Shown piece by piece: positions 16,943 through 27,511 of a DNA stretch of 59,507 nt (within the stretch, counting starts at the first letter, position 1; each line of letters begins with the position of its first letter). The position numbers and the translations under genes were made by a program. The notes beneath the pieces were generated by a model. The model was not told where the DNA came from and searched no databases. It saw only the letters and a list, made by a program, of their open reading frames with translations. Origin of the DNA: a virus (Duplodnaviria > Caudoviricetes). Location: positions 1 to 59,507 of the IMG/VR virus record IMGVR_UViG_3300025098_000043; one strand, given 5' to 3'.

Positions 16943-19900
16943 TACCTAGCCCTCTTGTTCTTCTCTTCTAGCATAGGAGAGATACGATCAGCTAGCCCCC
17001 TCTGTTGGAGTCCTTCAAGGAACCCGACATTGGGGGTTAGTCTATCTGATATGCCGACTCTAAGGAGTCTTGCTTTATCCTTCCCGATTCCCGCACCTTT
17101 CATCACGTTGAACTGTTCCCTGTCCTCGATGCCTAGACCTTTGAATCCTTGCATCACGGTATACATTTCCTTGTTCAATGTGATTAGATCATCTGCTTCA
17201 TCGTTGTAGATGTCGCGGATGTCATCTTCACTGATGGGCTGGTCGCTATACATGCGATACTTTTTAGACTTCACTTCATTCACCCGATCCTTGTGGTCTC
17301 GGATGAACCTACGGAACTGAGCTTCCTCATCCACATCGTGGATTCTGAATGGTAAAGTGCCATCGAAGAACTCACCAACAGGAGAGTCGCTAACCTTATC
17401 CCAGTCTGTCCCCATAGCTTTGTATGCGTCCCATGCATCACTAATCAGGCGGGGATTGTAAGCTGTGTCCACGACGTAGCCTAACCTCTTAGCGAACGCG
17501 ACAGAGAACCCGTCCACCTTGTCGATGGAGATCGGCCTGTCTGTCTTGGCATCTCGGTTATCCATTGCATCTTGAACAGCACCTGCAAGGATCTGTTCAT
17601 CGAGGTATTGGTCGAAGAAGGCTCCCTTCAGGAATGCCCCTACGGCACCGTCGATATTGCCTCTTGTTAGTTCCTGAACGCCGCGTGCAACTGGATCAGC
17701 CATGATGCTGAATGGGTTGACGTAAGTCAGGTCGATTGATTTTAGTTCGCCAAACCACCTAAAGAAGAAGAACGAATGCCCCCTCAAGTAGGATGGCATC
17801 GACTTCCTAAGTGCTTCGTCTTCATCGTTACCAATCCCCAGCACAAGCAGGGCGAGCGCAGAAGGTACTCCTAATGATAACCCACCTACCATTGATGTCA
17901 TGGCGATACGTCTCCGCTTACCTCTAGCTTTTATCAATGGGTTATCGCTAGCCATTTCTTCCTTCGCCAGCTCGTATGTATTGAACACGATACGCGGAAT
18001 TTCAGTTTTGAATCGGATGAACGGAGCAAAGAGCATACCGTAGCTAGACTTCGATAGCTTGCTAATGATCGGTGGGGCTTGGCTCAGTGACTGGGCAGTC
18101 CGCTTAACCTTGTCAGCTGCCATGCGCTTGAGTTGCTCGTCTGTTGCATCTTTAAATTTCTTCGACCCTTTACCAAATATTCTCGTGTCGGGATACTTCT
18201 CTCTAGCCTCCATCAGGACACCCAACTCGTGCTTGTAGTATTGGATTTTGTATACCCCATCTACGTTAGAGGACAATCTCATGAGTGCTTCCTCTAGTGA
18301 TTTAAAACCCTTACCAGTCTTGGCGATAGCCCCCTTGGCTCCTGATGCTTTATCGTCAGGAACCTTGTCGAGGATGTTGTTGAGCTTATCGAGGAAGGTT
18401 TCATTCTTACCGTCGAGTAACTCCTTGATCATACCAGCACGAAGCTCGTCACCAAATACACCTAAAGCTGTCATCTCAGTAAGCTCCGCGTCTATCTGGT
18501 CGGGATTCATTACACCAATAATAGACTTCCAAGAATCCGCCGCAGTCCTGCCCATTGTTGAGAGCGACACACCTTGAGCAGGTCCGAAGAACAATACGTT
18601 TCCTAAGATGTTACGGACGTAGAAACCAACGGAGCCGAGTGTCTTGAACAGCATCGACTTACCCGTTAGGTTCTGCATCACTTTAGCCATACCCTCTACG
18701 GTCTTACCAGCAGATGAGGAATCAATTCCTATCGGCGAAGGTGTGAGCATATCCCGCAAGTCTTTAACTGTATCAGCTGCGGCATACATACCAGCCAGTG
18801 GATCACCTTTGACTGCTGTCTTAGGATCAAGTAAGAGAACATAGTCTCCAAATTTAGCTGGGTCTGCGTCTCTCTTTTCTTTACTGACGATTGAATTACT
18901 TTCATCACCCCACTTAACAATGTTACTTCTGAACTTCTGTTGTGCCGCTAGTGTGGACACGGTAGCAAAGGTTCTAAGCAGGAGGTTGGTGGCTGGCTCT
19001 CCTTTAGTAGACTCTTCTAAACCATACTCACCCATAAGATTTCTAAGTGCAATCGGTAGATCCTTCCGGCGTGAAAGGTTCTTCATGATCTTCTTATAAG
19101 ACTTAGTGAGGGGAGTCCCACTTCCTTGGAGTCCAGTGTCATACTGTTGCACGAACACCCTCATGGCTTCAGTAGCTTCATCCTTTGAGAGTCCCATCTG
19201 GTTCGTGAAGTATTCGATAGCGAACTCACGAGCGGTCTGGAAGTCAGGATCTTCCAGAACCTTCTGAGCGTATGTCGGATCGTTGAAGATCTTATACTGT
19301 CTCGTAAGATAGATACCACCAGTCCTGTCAATTCTAGCCCTAAGCTCTTTCGATAGACCTGAACCGTCTTCAGTCATGATCTTCTGAATAGGTCGGATAA
19401 GTTCCTCACGCATCAGAGTGATCTTAGCAGCGAGGTCTGGAGATATTTTTCTGATATCATCCAGTGCTTTGTCAACGGCCTGTTGATGTTCTGCGATGGC
19501 TTTTGTCTCAGCCTTCACTTGCAGCCGATCTCTACGGTCTCTGGATTCTTGTTTCTGTTCTTCCTTTTGAGCGTCGGTGAGCGAGTCATCATTCTTTAAC
19601 TGCCTTACTGTAAGGCGATGTTCTTCCTCAATCTCTCTGTAGGATTTTTCTTTAACGAGGCTGACGGGAGAATAACCTTGAGCTAGATTAATCTTATCAC
19701 TCAACTCCTGAGTCATCTCACCGAAATCTCTTTCGATGATCTTGTTGAATTCCGTGTGGAATGTTTTCAAGACACGAGTTGATGCTCTCTCAAACTCAGC
19801 GCGCTGCTCCATGATCCTTCTGATAGGTAGGTCAACGTCACCTTTGAAGTTCCTAGCGAACCAAGTCTTTGGAGATTTGTAAGTCTTGAACTCCACCATC

Positions 19901-22900
19901 GAAAGCTCAAGCAGCTTTGGAATATTAGAGAAGTCTACATCACTTGCGGAGGATGCCCCGACTTTAGCTTGAAGAGCTACTCCTTCTGGCTGTCCTGAAC
20001 CGATGTCTCGCTTCAATATCTCATTGAACTTATTTAAAGATTCTTCAGGGTCGTCAGTGTTGAACTCCGTCGAAGGATCGTAATGAACATAACCGTTCTG
20101 GATGAGGATGACCTCATCGTGAATACGGATAAGCATCTCGTCTAAAACACCTGAGCCTTTCTCAGCTCTCCTGCGGTTTGCCAATCGAGCGAACATCGAC
20201 CTGAAGTATCGTGCAATTATTCTAAGGAGAGAGGGGTCAGACGACCAGAACTCAGCATCCTCTTCAGTTGTTGTTCCAGACAGCACACGCTCCGAGTTCA
20301 TACGGAGATACTCCTCAGCGAGTTGCCTCTTGATGAGGGCAACTTCCTCCACGTTATCGCTTTCGAGTTTCGCCTTCGCTTCTGCGATTGCCTCATCGGT
20401 TCTGAAGTATGTCTCAGCAATAGAGGCGTAGTCACTATCTGAGATGGACTCCTCTAGCTTAGTAATCTCTTCGACGGTAAGAGCGTTATAGGAAGCAGAG
20501 TGGATCGTCTCATGCAGTAGAAGTTTCTCTGCGTAGACCTTAGCTCCAATCATATCCATTCCTCTAGTCGCGACCTCAAAAGCTTCAAAGTCAAACTCAA
20601 CTATCTGTATCCCGTCCGAATTAAAATTGCCTTGGTTCAACCGAGCAATACCTCCTTCATCCATTAGACTAGATTCCTGTAGAGACAGACCTCTTGGAGT
20701 CCTACTCCGCAAGTGGGCTTCGACTTCCTCGATCTTACGCCTATTCTCAGACTCGAAAGTGACTGGCTCATCAGAGGCGGTATCTTCTACAGTATCATCA
20801 ACCGCTTCCTCAGATGTCATGCGGCTCTCCCGCTGCTCCTGTTGTTCGATGATCTTCTCTTGAACTTTCGTAATAACTCTTCCTGTATCTTCAGCAACTC
20901 GTGCGGCTTCTTGTGTAAGAGGAGGGCGTTGTGCTAAGGTAGAAGACTTGGTTAGGTCGATGACATCCTGTAGAGCCTTACCATATTCAACAGCTTCAGT
21001 CTTTGATACCTTACGCTTTCGGAACATGGACAAGATAGAATCAATGATCCTCTTGAAGAAACCACGTTGATCAGCAGGAGCTTCCAGTAACTTGATGCTA
21101 GCTTGAAGCTTAGGTGACAATAAGAACTTAGCTAAGAACTCGTCGAAATCTACGAAGGCGTCTTCAAGCATAGGATCTTTAATACCACTGGCGCGATACT
21201 GTTTCTCTGCCAGCTTGTAGATCCGGTTGAGTCTTTCGACAGCGGCGTTCTGTTGATCAGATCTCTGATCGGTATTTGATTTAGTTACGTCAGACAAGAA
21301 TGCGTGGACATATTCCTCAAGCAGGACGTTCTCAAGTCCGAGCTTGTTGCCTGTATCGATATTGATTGCTACCCGATGAGTCCCATCATTACGATAAGCA
21401 TACTGTCCGGCGTAGTCCTCTGGGCTATCTACAATGTAGAAGTCTACAGTGCTGATGAAAGACTCATCTTCTAAAAGAAGGTCAGCTACTAACTTATGTG
21501 ATGGGTTATCTGACTCAGCGGATATAGTCTTGAGTGCAGCGATAACTGTCTCAGGACTATTATGCTCAAGCCCAAGTCTTTCGATCTCCGCTAGGTTATC
21601 TGCTCGCATCAACTGGCGCTCCATCGGAGTCGCCGCTTGTGACGCTGAGTTCTGTGAAGCGTGGTTGTTAGCCCGACCAACAATCATCATAGCTTCATCA
21701 CTTAGCTCCGCCCTTTCTAGAGGATCGGTAGTGCTTTCAAGATCCTCAACGATTTCAATGAGCGACTCTCTATCTTCAGGACTAAGTTTATCTAAGGTAG
21801 TTCCATAGATCTTTCTCTCATTGTCCTTCCTCTCAGCTTCATCCACCCCTTTAGCAACCTCCGTCTCAATTCTAGACGAGACATTTTTCTTTTCGGCTTT
21901 ACTGGCATCAGGGTCGATAAGCTTGGACCGGAGATTACGAACTACTGTCTGGTCTTCGGGACTTAACTTGTAGAACTTCTTGTTACCTTTAATCAGGTCA
22001 ATAGCTTCTTTAGTTAGGCCATCTACCGGAACAGTCTTTCCTTCTAAGAAAGCTTTTCGGACTGCTTTTGCAGGAGCCGACTTAGCTAAAAGCTCCTGTG
22101 CTTTTTCAGGAAGGGCAAGAGCAAGGCGGACAAATTCGTCTTCCTTCGCTATGTCTCTTTTCGCGACTATGATCTTACCTCTATCTGTGAGTTTCTGTTT
22201 CTCTTCTCTAGACGTTACGAAATCGAAAAGAGATACATCACTAGGGACACCACTTATGCGAGCGTCTTCTCTTCTACGGAAGTTGGCGAAAGCAATAGTA
22301 TTGCTAGTGACATCGCCCTTAGTAATCAGCTTACCTGTATTAAGAACTTTAGCGTCAGGGTAATAAACTGTTTCTAAGAGATCTTTGAGCTTTTCCGCAG
22401 AGGGTAGTAAGCTCTGTTCAATCTGCCTTTTGAATTCTAGTGCGTCGAGAGCCATCGGGCTGTCATAACCAGCCTGTCTAATCTTATGAGCAATCGAATC
22501 AATAAGAAACTCTGTAGGCAAATTCGGGACTTCGTCTATAGCTTCTTGGCTACTGTTGTTGCCAATGTCTATGTAGAGCTGTTCTAATTGCTGCCGGACT
22601 TCTGGATTAACTTCAACCTCAGTGACCGCTGCCTCCACTGTGTCTTTGAAAACTTCTGACATAGCATCTGAATCGAAAGACAGAAGTTCAGGTTCTTCCG
22701 CGCCAAGTATGGCGTCTAATCCATCAAGTGATCCAGTCGATGGATCGTAGCCTGCTTCCGTTATCTCTTCCAAAGAAACAGCTTGACTCGCGACCCTAGC
22801 ACTATCTCGGCTGATGCTTTGGCCAATGTATCTATCAATCGATTGGCGGATGAGCGTCATGAAGTCAGGCATCGAGCCTGTCTTTATAAATGCTTGGTTG

Positions 22901-25900
22901 TTAACCACATCATTCTTTAGAAAGTTTTTGACGTTCTGCTCTGGAGCATAGGCGTTGAAGTCTTTAAGACCAAACCCAGCTAACATGTCGGACAGTGCCT
23001 CTATGCGATCTCCTTTTTTAACACTTTCATCGAAGTCCACCCTACTGAGCAGAGCCTTTACCCCACGACTTACTTGGGCGGGAGTTAGATCTTCGATTTT
23101 CTTACCTTTAGATTGTTTATCATTATCGGTTAAAATATCCTGACGTATCTTGAATAAGTTAAGTAGAAGTTCGTATTCGTTTTCAGCCTCATTAACTACT
23201 GACGGGATACTAAAGTTGGTCTCGATATCAAGGCGATCAAAAGAAGATCTCTTAGAAGAGTAAAGTAGTCCTCTAATTGTTTTTACCGCCCTATCCATAG
23301 CTTTGGCATCTTTTGACGGTGGTGTGACTTTTTTAACGAAAGCTGCGACAGGACTTATGGCGTCTGCAAACTTCTGCTGAGTCTTATCAGACGCGGTGAT
23401 TGGTTTCCCTGTTTGTCTGTCGGTTACAGAAACACCTAAAGGTAGGATAAACTTTTCATCCGGTCTGATAAACTTGATTTGAGACAGCCTTCTAGCCCTA
23501 TCAAAGTTGTATGCAAGCTCCGTGTATCGGATCTCTTTTAATAGAGAAACATTTTGAGATGGGTATTTTTTGTGGGGAGCTACAATCGTGTGTAGTTTCC
23601 CTGTCTTTACATCGAATCCATCTCTGAAAGAAGGGTTCAACAATACACTATCTCTATACTCTTTTGGTATAGTGATGGGTATGTTCCTCGACAACATCTC
23701 CAACATAGTAACAGGATCGTTGTTGAAGACCCCAGCTCCGTCTCTAGTTAGTAACCCTTTAACAGCCAATGATGATCTCTTTCCTGTTTTAGGATTATAG
23801 TGCATCACCTTTTTACTCTTAGTAGAGAATGTCTCAAGCGAAGCTTTTGCCTTATCAGTAGGTTCAAGGACGGGGAAGCGGTCGTAGATTTTTCTAGCTA
23901 GAGCCTCGGATACGTCGCGCCTGTTATGGTTTGAAAGGTCAACGCCATACGTAGATTGAGTAGCAAAGGACACTGGAAAACCTCGGACAACGAGATCGAG
24001 AACTTGATCAGCTACTTCCCGTTCATTTGTAGACAGAGTGATCTTACCATCTTCGTCGGTAACATCTTCTGTTTTGATGTTCTTCGACAAGAAAGCTTTC
24101 TCATTGTAGAAGTCTACCGAAGACTTAGATTCGGGAGTGGTGTAGAATGGATCTCTAGCCTTCCGAACCTTCCGGTTCTGTAACTTAATTTTCTTAGCAG
24201 CTTTCTTAGTTGTCTTCTTAGCTGCTTTCTTAGCTGTCGCTGTCTTTATAGCAGCTTTCTTAGCTATCGCTGTCTTTCTAGCAGCTTTCTTAGCAGCTTT
24301 CTTAGCAGCTTTCTTAGCAGCTTTCTTAGCTATCGCTGTATTTCTAGCTGCTTCCTTAGCTTCTTGCTCCTTAGCAGGTTTCTCTTCAGGAGTTGCCTGA
24401 GCCGCTTCGGCTTCAGCTTCGATTTGAGCTGACTCTGCCTTAGCTAAGGCAGCTTCAATTTTTCTAAGTTCCTGAGCCTCTATCTTAGTCAGCTCAGCCT
24501 CTCGCTGTTGTTGACCTTCCTGAACGATTCTTTCTTCTATCGAGGGATAATCAACAACTTCGTCCGCATAAAAATCATCATCAAGTTCTTCTAGAACTAT
24601 TGAGTTTTCTGCAGCTCGCTCGTTGATAACATTGTTGCTCTCTCTCTTTGTTTGATCAGGATCGCTTAGTGTTTCTTCTACAAACTTACTATCACCTTCC
24701 ACTTCAGGTGCAGCTTCTGTAACTTCGGGTGCAGCTTCTGTAACTTCGGGTGCAGCTTCTGTAACTTCGGGTGCAGCTTCTGTAACTTCAGGCGCAGCTT
24801 CTGTAACTTCAGGCGCAGCTTCTGTAACTTCAGGCGCAGCTTCTGTAACTTCAGGCGCAGCTTCTGTAACTTCAGGCGCAGCTTCTGTAACTTCAGGCGC
24901 AGCTACCATCTCACGCATAGGAGTCCTGAAAATCCTTTCAAGTACAGCCGCTGAAACGGGGCTATTATTATCCTTTAGGTTTTTCGACGCACTCTGGGCA
25001 ACGTCAGAAACCATCCTATCAACCTGTGATAAGTTGACTCCTCTCTTCTGACGCAAAGACCTACCAAAACGCTGGACAGCAGGCGCACCTGCTCCCAACG
25101 CTCCACCTAACACAGCTGCGTGGAACGTCTGTCCCAATCTTTCAAACATTGGAGTGTCCTGATCCAATGCGGCATCTTCGACGAACGAGTTTACAAACTC
25201 GTCTAGACCTTCTTCGACAGCTTCGTTACCAGCGTCACGCCCTATTGCTTTAACAACATCTGCCGCTCTGGATATATTTCGTCTAGACCTCTTTGTTATA
25301 GCCGCTGAAGCCATGCCCGCTTTCTTAGCAGACTCTGCGATGCTCTTTTTAAGAGCCGCTTTAACATTTGCATCAAGGTTAGTTTTGTTCGTGACGTTCG
25401 ACATCTTGCCGACCACTGAAGTCATATCGCGGAAAGTCATCCCGCGAAGCAGGGCGTCATCAAGACCGCCCCTGCCGAGTGCTGAGAATCCACCAGTAAT
25501 AATTCCGGTGATGGCTCCACTCATCATGCCTGCTCCTAAAGCTTTGTCGCGAATCTCTTCGTCTGACATATCTGTATCAGACCTAAGAGCATTGGTGATC
25601 GCCCCATAGGTAGCAGCACTTGATCGAGTTGCCGCCGGAATAGCAGCAGCACTTGAAATACCTGCTTTACGGACGATTTCGCTGTTGAATGTTTTCAAGA
25701 CATCCATCGTCAGGTCACCGTGGCCTTCTTTAACTGCGATGTTAATCGCGTCAGAGAGTTTACCTTGATACTTAGCTCCTTTGATTCTGAATACAGACCT
25801 TGGAACACTCTTAACTACGTGGTTGACGTAAGATTTAGTGACTGTCTTAGCCACTGCAACGGAACCAGACTTCGCTGCAACGTAAGCAGCTCCTCCTGTC

Positions 25901-27477
25901 CCGAAAGTTCCGGCTGAAAGGAAGGCAGTAGCCGAGATATCCGTGACCATAGGAGCAAGAGTCTCACCAATCTCGCCAGCATATCCATACTCCTGCCCAA
26001 AGAGACGAGCAATCTGCTGCCTGTCAGAATTCTTCTGAGCAACGTCAGCTAAGTAGTCAGTAGCCATCTTGTTACCTGCTGCTGCTGGAATGGCTGCTGC
26101 CAAAGTCCCGATAGAGTTCACAAGGGACCACGCGATTCCTTTAGATCGTTGGGTAACGAGGCTGTAGTTGTCTTCGTCCTTCAAGAAGTCATTCAAGATC
26201 TCATGATTCTTCTTACCTTGGTTGGCTCCTTCGATTAATGCTTGGCTCCACTGGTCGTCAACAGCACTACGCTTAAACATCTCAGAGTAATCCTCAAAGC
26301 GGTCAGTAAGGACTGACGTGCGGGTCTGCCTAAGAAAATCTTTCTGGTTATCATCAAGAGTAGATCCTTTAACAGTATCGTTGAAGAGATCTTCGTTTGC
26401 GAGAACGTCGCTCGCCATGATTGGCATACCCGTCGAAGAGATGCGGAGGTTACGTCCAGCGTCTTCACCAGTATACTGGTCAAACATGTTTTGTGCTGTC
26501 GCACGTTCGAGGACCGCGTGGTCAAAAGCTGCCCCAATCTCTTGAGCAGTAAACTCTTCACCTTCCGGCAAAGCGTTTGAGCTGTTGACACGGAGCATCA
26601 TGTCTGCGACTGCTTCATCGCGTGTCACATCCTTCGCTCTAAACATCGCAGAGTTCTGCTCCCGTTTCTCAGAAGAGAAGATACCAACAAACGCATCACC
26701 AAACGCATTAACTACATTGGCTGCTTGGTCCATGAAGCCTTCATCCTCTTCGCCAGCACGAAGTTCTGCGTGTGCTTGTAAGAGGGTGTTGGTTTTCTCA
26801 TCACCCCTAATCAACTCAGACATAATAGCTGAAGCTTGATTATAACGAGAAGCCTTGAAGGCGGGAACCTTAGTTCCAAATGCAGGAGTCATCTGCTGTT
26901 GAGCAGCAAGCGCGTCGGATAAAGTGACCTCTCCCATCTTAGAAGCTTTCAAAGCATCACTGAGGTTAGATCCAATAGCCGCGTCGCCCGCTACAATCTC
27001 ACGGCTTCCGTCAAGGTTAGTAAAAGCAGCGAAGGCTAGCTCGCCGTTGCGAACCATCTGCCTCTTCATGGAGTCATACTCCCGATCAGCGATAAACCCT
27101 GCGTTGGTTTTTAACCTTTGGACTTCTTCCGGTGGTAGGCCATCAGCTTCCGCAGTCTTATAAGCAGTGATCGCCTGCCAGCTAGAGCTTTTCGGGTTGA
27201 TGCGAGACTGGATGATATCCATTTTAGCCTCTGAAGATATCGCTTGAGGAGTAGTGAGAGAACTAAACGCATCTATATCACCTTCTTCAATGTCTCCTGA
27301 CGAAACTAAACTACCGTAAAGCTCGTTCTGGATTGAGTTCTCGACCTCTAGAGAATAGTCGTCGGAGTCGAGGTGGGTTTTACGGAGGTAGTTTGAGTAG
27401 TCTACCTTGTTTTGGGTGCTATCTGTAGAGACAGGTCTTTGCTTTACCCAATCTGAGTAATCTTGGAATTCAGTCAT
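16924..27477 (-). CDS. Giant (3517 aa) internal virion / ejection protein, polyvalent-protein-like, with zincin-type motifs
   Basis: Last of three helical ORFs of the podovirus ejectosome type. Hydrophobic Gly/Ala segments in the N-terminal part; LLEEYVHAF and LLHETIHSA motifs; low-complexity repeats. Confidence 0.7.
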   Translation of the reverse strand: MTEFQDYSDWVKQRPVSTDSTQNKVDYSNYLRKTHLDSDDYSLEVENSIQNELYGSLVSSGDIEEGDIDAFSSLTTPQAISSEAKMDIIQSRINPKSSSWQAITAYKTAEADGLPPEEVQRLKTNAGFIADREYDSMKRQMVRNGELAFAAFTNLDGSREIVAGDAAIGSNLSDALKASKMGEVTLSDALAAQQQMTPAFGTKVPAFKASRYNQASAIMSELIRGDEKTNTLLQAHAELRAGEEDEGFMDQAANVVNAFGDAFVGIFSSEKREQNSAMFRAKDVTRDEAVADMMLRVNSSNALPEGEEFTAQEIGAAFDHAVLERATAQNMFDQYTGEDAGRNLRISSTGMPIMASDVLANEDLFNDTVKGSTLDDNQKDFLRQTRTSVLTDRFEDYSEMFKRSAVDDQWSQALIEGANQGKKNHEILNDFLKDEDNYSLVTQRSKGIAWSLVNSIGTLAAAIPAAAGNKMATDYLADVAQKNSDRQQIARLFGQEYGYAGEIGETLAPMVTDISATAFLSAGTFGTGGAAYVAAKSGSVAVAKTVTKSYVNHVVKSVPRSVFRIKGAKYQGKLSDAINIAVKEGHGDLTMDVLKTFNSEIVRKAGISSAAAIPAATRSSAATYGAITNALRSDTDMSDEEIRDKALGAGMMSGAITGIITGGFSALGRGGLDDALLRGMTFRDMTSVVGKMSNVTNKTNLDANVKAALKKSIAESAKKAGMASAAITKRSRRNISRAADVVKAIGRDAGNEAVEEGLDEFVNSFVEDAALDQDTPMFERLGQTFHAAVLGGALGAGAPAVQRFGRSLRQKRGVNLSQVDRMVSDVAQSASKNLKDNNSPVSAAVLERIFRTPMREMVAAPEVTEAAPEVTEAAPEVTEAAPEVTEAAPEVTEAAPEVTEAAPEVTEAAPEVTEAAPEVTEAAPEVEGDSKFVEETLSDPDQTKRESNNVINERAAENSIVLEELDDDFYADEVVDYPSIEERIVQEGQQQREAELTKIEAQELRKIEAALAKAESAQIEAEAEAAQATPEEKPAKEQEAKEAARNTAIAKKAAKKAAKKAAKKAARKTAIAKKAAIKTATAKKAAKKTTKKAAKKIKLQNRKVRKARDPFYTTPESKSSVDFYNEKAFLSKNIKTEDVTDEDGKITLSTNEREVADQVLDLVVRGFPVSFATQSTYGVDLSNHNRRDVSEALARKIYDRFPVLEPTDKAKASLETFSTKSKKVMHYNPKTGKRSSLAVKGLLTRDGAGVFNNDPVTMLEMLSRNIPITIPKEYRDSVLLNPSFRDGFDVKTGKLHTIVAPHKKYPSQNVSLLKEIRYTELAYNFDRARRLSQIKFIRPDEKFILPLGVSVTDRQTGKPITASDKTQQKFADAISPVAAFVKKVTPPSKDAKAMDRAVKTIRGLLYSSKRSSFDRLDIETNFSIPSVVNEAENEYELLLNLFKIRQDILTDNDKQSKGKKIEDLTPAQVSRGVKALLSRVDFDESVKKGDRIEALSDMLAGFGLKDFNAYAPEQNVKNFLKNDVVNNQAFIKTGSMPDFMTLIRQSIDRYIGQSISRDSARVASQAVSLEEITEAGYDPSTGSLDGLDAILGAEEPELLSFDSDAMSEVFKDTVEAAVTEVEVNPEVRQQLEQLYIDIGNNSSQEAIDEVPNLPTEFLIDSIAHKIRQAGYDSPMALDALEFKRQIEQSLLPSAEKLKDLLETVYYPDAKVLNTGKLITKGDVTSNTIAFANFRRREDARISGVPSDVSLFDFVTSREEKQKLTDRGKIIVAKRDIAKEDEFVRLALALPEKAQELLAKSAPAKAVRKAFLEGKTVPVDGLTKEAIDLIKGNKKFYKLSPEDQTVVRNLRSKLIDPDASKAEKKNVSSRIETEVAKGVDEAERKDNERKIYGTTLDKLSPEDRESLIEIVEDLESTTDPLERAELSDEAMMIVGRANNHASQNSASQAATPMERQLMRADNLAEIERLGLEHNSPETVIAALKTISAESDNPSHKLVADLLLEDESFISTVDFYIVDSPEDYAGQYAYRNDGTHRVAINIDTGNKLGLENVLLEEYVHAFLSDVTKSNTDQRSDQQNAAVERLNRIYKLAEKQYRASGIKDPMLEDAFVDFDEFLAKFLLSPKLQASIKLLEAPADQRGFFKRIIDSILSMFRKRKVSKTEAVEYGKALQDVIDLTKSSTLAQRPPLTQEAARVAEDTGRVITKVQEKIIEQQEQRESRMTSEEAVDDTVEDTASDEPVTFESENRRKIEEVEAHLRSRTPRGLSLQESSLMDEGGIARLNQGNFNSDGIQIVEFDFEAFEVATRGMDMIGAKVYAEKLLLHETIHSASYNALTVEEITKLEESISDSDYASIAETYFRTDEAIAEAKAKLESDNVEEVALIKRQLAEEYLRMNSERVLSGTTTEEDAEFWSSDPSLLRIIARYFRSMFARLANRRRAEKGSGVLDEMLIRIHDEVILIQNGYVHYDPSTEFNTDDPEESLNKFNEILKRDIGSGQPEGVALQAKVGASSASDVDFSNIPKLLELSMVEFKTYKSPKTWFARNFKGDVDLPIRRIMEQRAEFERASTRVLKTFHTEFNKIIERDFGEMTQELSDKINLAQGYSPVSLVKEKSYREIEEEHRLTVRQLKNDDSLTDAQKEEQKQESRDRRDRLQVKAETKAIAEHQQAVDKALDDIRKISPDLAAKITLMREELIRPIQKIMTEDGSGLSKELRARIDRTGGIYLTRQYKIFNDPTYAQKVLEDPDFQTAREFAIEYFTNQMGLSKDEATEAMRVFVQQYDTGLQGSGTPLTKSYKKIMKNLSRRKDLPIALRNLMGEYGLEESTKGEPATNLLLRTFATVSTLAAQQKFRSNIVKWGDESNSIVSKEKRDADPAKFGDYVLLLDPKTAVKGDPLAGMYAAADTVKDLRDMLTPSPIGIDSSSAGKTVEGMAKVMQNLTGKSMLFKTLGSVGFYVRNILGNVLFFGPAQGVSLSTMGRTAADSWKSIIGVMNPDQIDAELTEMTALGVFGDELRAGMIKELLDGKNETFLDKLNNILDKVPDDKASGAKGAIAKTGKGFKSLEEALMRLSSNVDGVYKIQYYKHELGVLMEAREKYPDTRIFGKGSKKFKDATDEQLKRMAADKVKRTAQSLSQAPPIISKLSKSSYGMLFAPFIRFKTEIPRIVFNTYELAKEEMASDNPLIKARGKRRRIAMTSMVGGLSLGVPSALALLVLGIGNDEDEALRKSMPSYLRGHSFFFFRWFGELKSIDLTYVNPFSIMADPVARGVQELTRGNIDGAVGAFLKGAFFDQYLDEQILAGAVQDAMDNRDAKTDRPISIDKVDGFSVAFAKRLGYVVDTAYNPRLISDAWDAYKAMGTDWDKVSDSPVGEFFDGTLPFRIHDVDEEAQFRRFIRDHKDRVNEVKSKKYRMYSDQPISEDDIRDIYNDEADDLITLNKEMYTVMQGFKGLGIEDREQFNVMKGAGIGKDKARLLRVGISDRLTPNVGFLEGLQQRGLADRISPMLEEKNKRARYHRLDD
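24701..24904 (-). repeat. 21-bp tandem repeat, about 9.7 copies, encoding (APEVTEA)n
   Basis: ACTTC(A/G)GG(C/T)GCAGCTTCTGTA units read directly from the sequence. Confidence 0.95.
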
Positions 27478-27511
27478 AGCTGAGTTATTTTAGGGTGATG
27501 TAGTGTTGTGT

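Noticed and set aside
16924-27477. Virion RNA polymerase (N4- or crAss-like) call for the giant ORF
   Set aside because: I found no recognisable polymerase catalytic motif by eye. A structure search is needed to exclude it fully.
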